From the human T2T-CHM13v2.0 reference genome, Homo sapiens: a DNA stretch of 64,000 nt. Each line of letters starts with the position of its first letter. The stretch's first letter is position 1. Made by a program: the position numbers and the translations under genes. This document shows positions 53,574-64,000 of the stretch, one piece after another. The stretch lies in NCBI RefSeq assembly GCF_009914755.1, contig NC_060927.1; one strand, written 5' to 3'. The notes below the pieces were generated by a model, which worked only from the letters and a program-made list of their open reading frames with translations, was not told the origin of the DNA and made no database searches.

Positions 53574-54507
53574 TGAAGGGGTGGTTTGCCCCTCCACACC
53601 TGTGGGTGTTTCTCGTTAGGTGGAACGAGAGACTTGGAAAAGAAAGAGACGCAGAGACAAAGTATAGAGAAAGAAAAAGGGGGCCCAGGGGACCAGCGTT
53701 CAGCATACGGAGGATCCACGCGCGAACTGGCCTCTGAGTTCCCTTAGTATTTATTGATCATTATCAGGCGTGGCAGGATAATAGGATAATAGTGGAGAGA
53801 AGGTCAGAAGGTAAACACGTGAACAAATGTCTCTGCATCATAGACAAGGTAAAGAAAAAAGTGCTGTGCTTTTGATGTGCATATACATAAACATCTCAAT
53901 GCCTTAAGGAGCAGTATTGCTGCCAGCATGTCCCACCTCCAGCCCTATCTCAGTAGATGGAATATACAATCGGCTTTACACCGAGACATTCCATTGCCCA
54001 GGACGAACAGGAGACAGAAGCCTTCCTCTTATCTCAACTGCAAAGAAGCGTTCCTTCCTCTTTTACTAATCCTCCTCAGCACAGACCCTTTACGGGTGTT
54101 GGGCTGGGGGAAGGTCAGGTCTTTCCCTTCCCACGAGGCCATATTTCAGACTATCACATGGGGAGAAACCTTGGACAATACCTGGCTTTTCTAGACAGAG
54201 GTCCCTGCGGCCTTCCGCAGTGTTTTGTGTCTCTGGGTACTTGAGATTAGGGAGTGGTGATGACTCTTAACAAGCATGCTGCCTTCAAGCATTTGTTTAA
54301 CAAAGCACACCCTGCACAGCCCTTCATCCATTTAACCCTGAGTGGACACAGCACATGTTTCAGGGAGCACAGGGTTGGGGGTAGGGTTACAGATTAACAG
54401 CATCTCAAGGCAGAAGAATTTTTCTTAGTACAGAACAAAATGGAGTCTCCTATGTCTACTTCTTTCTACACAGACACAGTAACAATCTGATCCTTCTTTT
54501 CCCCACA
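53574..54507 (-). mobile_element. HERV-K(HML-2) solo LTR, LTR5B/LTR5A-like
   Basis: Minus strand begins TGTGGGGAAAAG..GATCAGATTGTTACTGTGTCTGTGTAGAAAGAAGTAGAC and ends ..GGAGGGGCAAACCACCCCTTCA (934 bp). Identical 6-bp TSD GGCTTC at 53568-53573 and 54508-54513. AATAAA (minus) at 53750-53755. The CTTCA end and GGTGTAAAG in place of the TATA box argue against LTR5_Hs. Confidence 0.95.
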
Positions 54508-55079
54508 GGCTTCTTGGAGGCCGGGCAGGTGGCTTGCTTCTTGTTGATGTTCAGCACCCTCTCCTCCCACAGGACCTGCTGCTGCTCCTCCTGGGGCAGT
54601 CTCCTGAGAAAAACGCAGCAGTTCCGCCTCATAATCTTTTGTTTCCTGGTCGCACATAGGCGTCCTTCTCCTTCCGGGAGAGCAGCTTCCACTGCTGGCC
54701 ACACGGCATATCATGCGCTCCGCGCTGGGAACATCCTTCTTGTTGGCCATGAGCTCTGCGCACTACAGTGAGTAGCTGTTCCGAGGTGGCTTGTTGGGTC
54801 GCCCATCATCAAATTTGTCCTTGAGCTGGTGTTCAGCCTTGGCAGGGGTGGACTCGGTGGGGCCCTCCTCAGTGATGTTCGGCTCAGGGCGCTCCTGGAT
54901 ATAGGTCTGCATGATCTCCTTGTACTACTTCCACTGCTCCTGGAGCCTCAAGAATCCATTTCAGCCTTTTTTTTTTTTTTTTTTTTTTGTCTGTCTGAGA
55001 GCTGAGACCACTACTTCCCCAGAAAGTTCTTCGCCTCCTTTGTAGGGGCATCTGGCCACACTTTAAAATACACCTTCTT

Positions 55080-55478
<399 letters not shown>

Positions 55479-55832
55479 TTAAGTTGGGATGATCCTTCCT
55501 GAAATGAGCCAGGTTTCACTCAAACTCTGTTTCTCCCTTGGAAAGTCCTGAATATATTTCATTTTCATCTTCTCAGGAAGCTCCTTTTATTTCTTGGACA
55601 GAATCTTTGTGAAGTCCAGGTTACTTATCTCAGGGTGGAGTTTTGCACACTTGGCCTGCTTCTCCATGAGGAAGTGGAAATGAGGGATCAGGGACTTCTT
55701 TGGGAAGTCTGGGTGTTGTTTGAGTTTTTTGTGTTTAACCTTTTTAAGGATTTTTAACATGTTTCTGGCATTGAGGATCAATTCTGTCAAAGTGCACAAC
55801 TTCCTCACCTTGTCAGAAATTTTCACCCATTT

Positions 55833-56180
55833 GGGCCAGGCACAGTGGCTCATGCCTGTAATCCCAGTACTTTGGAAGGCCAAGGTGGGAGGATTGCTTA
55901 AGGCTGGGAGTTTGAGACTAGCCTGGCCAACACCCATTTCTGACCCCAACTCTACAAAAAAAAATTTTTTTTAATTAGCCCAGTGTGATGACTCACACCT
56001 GTGGGCCTAGCTACTTAAGAAACTGAGGCAGGAAAATTGCATGAGCCCAGGAGTTTGAGGCTGCAGTCAGCTATGATCACACCAGTCCACTCCAGCCTGG
56101 GTGATAGAAAGAGATCCTGTCTAGAAGACAAAACAAAGCCAAAAAGAAGAAGAAGGAGAAGGAAAAGAAGAAGAAAAAAG
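55833..56180 (+). mobile_element. AluJ-like insertion in the UBTF pseudogene (N-terminal domain)
   Basis: Degenerate TSD AGAAAT....ACCCATT duplicates the WV(E/K)IS codons. Confidence 0.93.
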
Positions 56181-56791
56181 AAATCTCTACCCATTGAACT
56201 TGTTGTGTCTCCAGAAATCTTTAAATGCTACTTTGTCCCCATACGTGATTAGGTGGTTTTGAACTTGTAACTGCTGTTGGTTGGAAGGTTATTCTTTATG
56301 CATTCCAGCAAAGTCAGCATGTCTTCCTGGGACCGGTGGTCTTGGCCTTTGAAGGCGGCCATTTCCAGGTCAGTGGGGGATGGGCTTCTCTGTTCATCCT
56401 CCAGCTGTCCAACCACCTCCTTGGTTGTGCTGGCGGCAACCCAGGGTCAAAGTCACTTTGCCTTTAGAAGACATACCAGTCCCTGCTCAGGCAGGCTGAG
56501 AGATGAGGGGCTTTCTAACCCTTGCCACCTCCCAAAGGGGAGGGAGGGACGCAGGTCCACACTCTCAGAGAGACCCAGCCAAGACCCCATTAGACTTAAT
56601 GGATCTGTGGGTATGAGGGTGTGCCCCTCCTCTTTTTCCTAACTCTTACCCCAGTTCCTGAAGTCCAGCTCAACAGCATGTACCCTCCCCTTCCCACACG
56701 AAAACTGCTCCCAGCTCCTGGTGTATAATACTCAGTGAATGTTTGTAGAATGAATGAATAAATTGCTCAATGTTTTTATGTGTTTATTGAC

Positions 56792-57577
<786 letters not shown>

Positions 57578-58124
57578 CACCTGTTCATTTTCTTAATTGG
57601 CTTTTGATGAGAAGTTTTTAGTTTAAAGAAATTTCGATTTATCAAATGTTTCTTTTGTGATTTTGCCTTCTGAACCTTAGAAACCCTTGCTTACTCTTGA
57701 GTCCTGAAGATATTCTTCTATATTTGCCTCCAAAAGCTTTATGATTTTACCTTTTGTTTACTAAAGGCAATGTTAGAGGTACACTGATAAATATTTTTAT
57801 ATTTATTTATTATTTATTTTTGAGGTTTTTTTTGAGACAGAGTCTCACTCTGTTACCCAAGCTGGAGTGCTGTGGTGTCATCACAGCTCACTGTCTCTAC
57901 AAAAAGCATTTTTTTAAAGATATGCAAAATAAAAGAAATTATTTGTCTATCAATGAATCTGCTCTGTTTATCAGTGTGGATTATTGAGGGAAACTTTTAT
58001 GAATGACTCAGTTTTGCTCACCTCCTATTATATCCAATCAAAGCTGATAAGGAAACTGGAAAGGTAAGATCATTTGAATTAAATTTTTTTTTTTAAATTT
58101 TTATTTACTTTTTATATATGTTTT

Positions 58125-58224
58125 AAGGCTAGTCAAGCAGAGCAATGGGAATGGAGAAGGAACAAAGATATCTGTAACTGGTTGTGATCGATTAGTTGTA
58201 AACACCATTGCACTCGGATCAGCC
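58125..58224 (-). pseudogene. Y RNA (RNY3/hY3) retropseudogene
   Basis: Reverse complement GGCTGATCCGAGTGCAATGGTGTTTACAACTAATCGATCACAACCAGTTACAGATATCTTTGTTCCTTCTCCATTCCCATTGCTCTGCTTGACTAGCCTT is full-length hY3 with a few substitutions. A-rich tail at 58083-58124 and TSD-like TGAATT at 58075 and 58225. Confidence 0.93.
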
Positions 58225-58359
58225 TGAATTTATTTGGACCAGTGATCTCCAATCAGTAAAAAATTTTGAGTGCATGCTCCTCATATATGCATATTCACTT
58301 ATCTAGACATTATATATGGACTACTCCACTCATTGTGAACTTTAAGAATATATGGAATT

Positions 58360-58662
58360 TATTTTCTTTGCTTTTTGTTTGTTTTTTGAGATAGGGTTCC
58401 TGTTGCCCATGCCAGAGTGCAATGGCATGATCACAGCTCCCTGCAGCCTTCAACTCCTGGGTTCAGGTGATTTCCCCACCTCAGCCTCCCAAGTAGCTGG
58501 GGCTATAGGCACAAGCTGCCAAGCCTGGCTAATTTCTGTATTTTTTGCAGAGATAGGACTTCGCCACATTGCCCAGGCTGGTCTCAAACTCTTGGGCTCA
58601 AGTGATCCTCCCACCTCAGCCTCCCAAAGCACTGGGATTATATGCTTGAGCCACCACGCCTG
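58360..58662 (-). mobile_element. Alu (AluJ-like)
   Basis: TSD TGGAATTTATTTT. Confidence 0.93.
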
Positions 58663-60319
58663 ACCTGGAATTTATTTTTTTAAATGGAATTTTAAAAGAA
58701 TAAAATAAAGATAAAAATATTTAAAACTTATTTTAATTTATTGTTAAGGCTACAAAAGTTATTTCTTTTTCTCTGTAGCTCATGTGGAATTCATCCTTTG
58801 AGTAAGAGAAGAATCAGCTTTGTGATTTTCTTGTTATCATCTTGTGCTTACATTCCTGGTTTATCTTCAATAAGCAGCTTTGCTGTGGGAATCTTCAGAG
58901 GTTCATTTTGCTTTATATGAAAGTTAATTTCATTAAAATTGAAGAATAGAGTCTGTAAATCCACATACATGGGAACACAGTAAAGTATGACCAAAGCAGA
59001 TATCTAGCTGGGTTACCCCCAAAGTGCAGCCCAGTGTAAAGTCTTCTTTGCAGATAGTTCATTTGGGAATATGGTCACAAGGAATAAAAATGCAGGGCCG
59101 GGGAGTGAAACAGGGAAGGAGGGAAAACCCGTACAAGAACCTGTTTCCAAGTTGCCCCTCCATGACCCCAGCTAAGGGGCATCTCACTAGAATATTTTGG
59201 GGAGCCTCACAGAGTTCATTTCGGAAATATGTGTCTGTAGGACAAAAAAGAAGCATTTATCCATCAGCTCCTGCGTCCCATTGGTCAAGAATGGCTTCAA
59301 GAGCGTAAACACTCCTGCTCTTCTGGTTTACTCAAAGGGGATTCCCAAGTCCCAGAGCAGAAGAGTGAGATGTACAGTGAGGCCCATGTTAGTGCCAGCA
59401 TGATACTGGTCCCACAGCAGTGGCTGGAGCTGACTCCCTACACTTAGTGGGCCAAGGAAATTTTGAAGAGGTGCTCAAGAAGTGTCTGACACAGCAGACG
59501 AACACCAGCAGCAACAACAACAACAAAAAGGTTGCATTTTCAATTCCTTAAGCATTGTGGAACTCTCTCTGAGTACCACCTATACCACACATGCTATATG
59601 GTCATTTGGGTACTGAGCGAGGGGAAAGCTTTGTTTATTTGTTATTTTCCATTTTTTTCTTTTTTTAACTTCTTTTTACTAAATATAAATAAAAGTTATA
59701 ATGACTTATTGCCTTATTCCAGTGGAAATTCTTCCAGACCCATTGGGGATTTAGACTACCAAGAAAAATATAATAGAGGAAGTAAGTTGCTTCTGTTGGA
59801 AAAAAAAACTTAAGCAGTGCAATCCAAAGCCAAAAGCATTAAGATTTTCTAGTGCTGGTTAATAATGTTTTAAAGCCCAATATTTGGAATGATTTATGTC
59901 TTTGCATTACCTTATTAGTATGGATGATGGGGTATTGGCAGAATAGAATCTAATCATTTATCATATACAGGAAATAATAGCTGCTATTCAAAAATGTGTG
60001 TAAAAGGCAAAACAATCTAGATCTTGTAGGTTTGGACATCAAGCCAGACCGTCAGAGGGCAATTTTCTTGGATTGTTTTGGTCCCTGAAGGAGCCCTTTT
60101 ATTAAATTATGCTTTGGCATGATCCTCATGGCTTGCATTGAAGGAACCCATAAGAAACAGCTGAAGCCAACTCGCTGTTACATTTTCTTTAGGGATGTTT
60201 TTGGAGCTATATACATTATATTAGCCAATACCCCTTGACTTTCTCCTGAGGACTGGTACACTGATATATAATTAGTTAAAATCTATTTTAATCTTACATT
60301 CAATGGGCAAAGTTACTCT

Positions 60320-60622
60320 TTTATTTTATTTTATTTTTTTTGAGACAGAGTCTCATTCTGTCACCCAGGCTGGAGTGCAGTGGCATGATCATGCTCACTA
60401 CAGACTCCGCCTCCTGGGTTCCAGCGATTCTCCCGCCTCAGCCTCCTGCGTAGCTGGCATTACAGGCGCCCACCACCATGCCTGGCTAATTTTTGTATTT
60501 TTAGTAGAGACGGGGTTTCACCGTGTTGGCCGGGCTGGCCTCAAACTCCTGACCTCTGGTGATCTGCCCGCCTCAGCCTCCCAAAGTGCTGGGATTACAG
60601 GCGTGAGCCACGGCGCCCGGCC
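60320..60622 (-). mobile_element. Alu (AluS-like)
   Basis: TSD AGTTACTCTT. Confidence 0.94.
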
Positions 60623-61830
60623 AGTTACTCTTGAAAATAATTGTGTTTTCCATTTTCCTTTGTCCACCAGGAAGTTTAGTGTTTAGCTCGCCACTACTTT
60701 TAATAAATGTGGAAGACTGAAGAGCATGCATTTTAGTGTACTAATACTTTATTGGCTTTATCTTATTATTGGAGCCTTGTTTTTCCTACTCCATTATATT
60801 TTTAAGTAAGAAAGAAAATCTGATGAAATTGTATGCATTCTTTAAAAGCAGCCTCAAGTCTGTTTTGTAGTTAAACTAGGCATAATTAAAAAAATAAAAA
60901 TACCATTTTGATGTCCTGAAATCCATATGAATAATATAAATCTAAGTGGTTATGACATATTTTAAAAATTTAAAATCACTGGAAAATCTAGAGTCACTAA
61001 CATTTACATACAGTGATATTTTCTCTTTACTCTCAAACTTTTTTTTACATGTTGGAGCCAATTAAATAGCATTCCTTGATTCCCTTCCCAGTTCAAAACA
61101 ATTGGTAAATAAGATATGGGAGACAAACAAATGGAAATGAAAATGTCATCTCTGTCACTGATAAAAGGGACTGGAAACATGACTTCAGAACTGTGATCCA
61201 AAGGGCTTGGTAACACTCCACTACCATTAATAGATTTTCCCACCAGCGTCTGGTATAGATGGATTTCAGGTCTTCCCAACAGGGCAGAGCCTACCTGGGC
61301 AGCTGACCATCCAGCAAAGAGCAGGCCCTAGTTCACCCTCTCTTTGGGTTGCCAGATTCCAAAGAACACATCCCGGTAGGGGCTGAGCTGCTCCGCTCAT
61401 TCCTTCTCCCAAAGACACCAATTAGAGAAGTTACTCCTTTCCTGGGGCTGGGAGGAAAGAAGATCTGAGGCAGGAATGACAGCCGAGTGGGGTGTTTAAT
61501 GGTTGCTCTTAGTATGGTGGGTAGGACAGGTCTCGGTTGGACTGTTGTATGCATTGTAAACTCTTCAGTATCCCTGAATGGTGGGCCTGTCACTTAACAA
61601 CCAAAATCGCCTCCACATATTTCCAAATGTACCTCAGTGCCCCAACAGGGTTGAGAACTTTGCTTTAGAGGAAGTTTCCTCATAGGAACAGGAGGTCTAT
61701 GTCATATATGGGAAATGAGAGGGAAGGGGGTGACAGAGATGAAAGTTCCTTGCTAACAGTAATGTCTTTATTATTAACTTTCTGTGAGCTGTACATTTTT
61801 AAATGAATTCCTTAGAACAAGAGTGATGTA

Positions 61831-62130
61831 GCCAGGCACAGTGGCTCGCGTCTGTAATCCCCGCACTTTGGGAGGCCGAGGTGGGCGGATCACTTGAGGC
61901 CAGGTGGTCGAGACCAGTCTGGCCAATATAGGGAAACCCCATGTCTCCAAAAAATAAATAATAATAATTAGCTGGACATAGTGGCACATGCCTGTAGTCC
62001 CAGCTACTCAGGAGGCTGAGGCATGAGAAGTGCTCTAACCTAGGAGGCGGAGGTTGCTGTGAGCCGAGATTGTGCCATTGCACTCTAGCTTGGGTAACAA
62101 AGCCGAGTCTGTCGCAAAAAAAAAAAAAAG
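61831..62130 (+). mobile_element. Alu
   Basis: Full Alu; TSD-like AAGAGT.A.GTA. Confidence 0.93.
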
Positions 62131-63307
62131 AGTCACGTAAGGTGGCCTCATTCTGGTCCTGCCTTGCATCCCCAACAAGAAAGTTCAGGGTGGCATGTAA
62201 GGAAGACAGTCAGCCACCAGATTCATTTCAGTGGCTTCTAACGGTTAGGATAGGTATTCCTTTACATGTGATCTCAGGGACTATCACATGGGAGCCGCAG
62301 TCTTGAATGCTGACAAAGTTCACAACAACTAAAGCAGAGGAAAAGGGCACGCATAGAAAATGTCAAGGGGACGCTTGAAGGGCAGGGGGTGAGGCTGCCT
62401 CTAGACAAACAAAAAATAAAGGTAATATCTGCCCCATGTGTTCACAATTTTAGCCATACAGAGGGACTAAAAGGTTAACATTTCCAACTGCCATTTTCAC
62501 TCTGAATCCATCACTCCTAGAGATCAAACAATCACTAGGAGGCAATGGGACTGCACGGCTGGGGAAATGTACCATGCTACCTCTAATTCCCTTATATCTT
62601 TGAGATAACCTTAAGGTATCTCCAATCTTAAAAGGAATATCTGGCCATGTTTGCTGTGGATGACTTAAGGAAAACAGATTAACAGAGTGAAATATAACAA
62701 CCAAAGTTATGGTTTATAATTGACTTAGGGCTTTGGAGAGGGCAACGCCTCTGTCATTACTTTGCAAACACAAAGTGACTTACAAATAGAGCTGAAATCC
62801 CTGCTAATAATCACCTGCTGTTTGTTTCCCTCTGACCATCTGCATTAGATCCACCTGTTGAAGGGAGATCTTGTTTAAAACCTGTGTCCCACTGGATACC
62901 TAACTAACTAGAATCTCTAGGGGTGAATCCCTGGAACTTTTCATTCTAATAGTTCCCTCAGGTGACCTGTGTGCACGTTGAAGACTGAGAGCCACTGTAA
63001 TACAGGTAACTTTCTTAAATGGGTGTACTGTGTGTGTGTAGGACATAGGCATACCCTGTGCCTAAAGGACTTTAGAACAGCCATTCTTAGAAGGAGTGGA
63101 GTCTATGCCATTACCTAGAAAGCTGGAGTGGGATCAGGCTTTTATATCCAAGAACTTAAAGGACAAGCTGGCAAGTGCTGTCATTTCCGTCAGGGGACAG
63201 ATTCCTACTGAGCCCACACAGGGGCAGTCCCTTTAAGGAGGGATTGGCCTCATGGGAGGATGTCTGCAGAGATGTCTGTGAAGGCTGGGTTCAAAGATTA
63301 TAGAGTG

Positions 63308-63930
<623 letters not shown>

Positions 63931-64000
63931 ATTGTGGGGTATAGTGAAGAGCTGTTTGGGTCCAAATTGCCATGAAAGGAAAGGAACAGACATGATCCCC

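Noticed and set aside
52864-53619. Longest ORF (251 aa, + strand)
   Set aside because: Antisense shadow of the UBTF pseudogene, non-ATG start, runs into the LTR; no recognisable domain.
53574-54507. SVA SINE-R or HML-2 provirus
   Set aside because: Complete TG..CA LTR with 6-bp TSD; no VNTR, hexamer, PBS or gag/env sequence, so a solo LTR.

Overview
Primate (almost certainly human) non-coding genomic DNA. Alu elements make up roughly a third of it by eye, alongside MIR/L2/L1 relics, MaLR and ERV solo LTRs and DNA-transposon fossils. I can support no intact protein-coding gene; nearly all listed ORFs are Alu or simple-repeat translations. The main feature is a minus-strand processed pseudogene of UBTF (UBF1 isoform) at about 51.5-56.7 kb, which has been heavily reworked. 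It landed inside an L2 3' end, gained two Alus and a HERV-K(HML-2) LTR5 solo LTR with a perfect 6-bp TSD, and carries two non-tandem internal copy-paste duplications, one of which took half an Alu with it. It also has a quasi-palindromic microsatellite where the poly(A) tail should be. Elsewhere there are an RNY3 retropseudogene, an apparent Alu-Alu mediated micro-inversion shown by swapped TSDs (39.2-40.2 kb), and several small templated-insertion or fold-back scars. I cannot support a new biological system here; the best candidates for novelty are these rearrangements and a possible LTR5-driven chimeric transcript. Repeat subfamily names and UBTF comparisons come from recalled consensus or protein sequences, not database searches, and boundaries are approximate unless a TSD is quoted.
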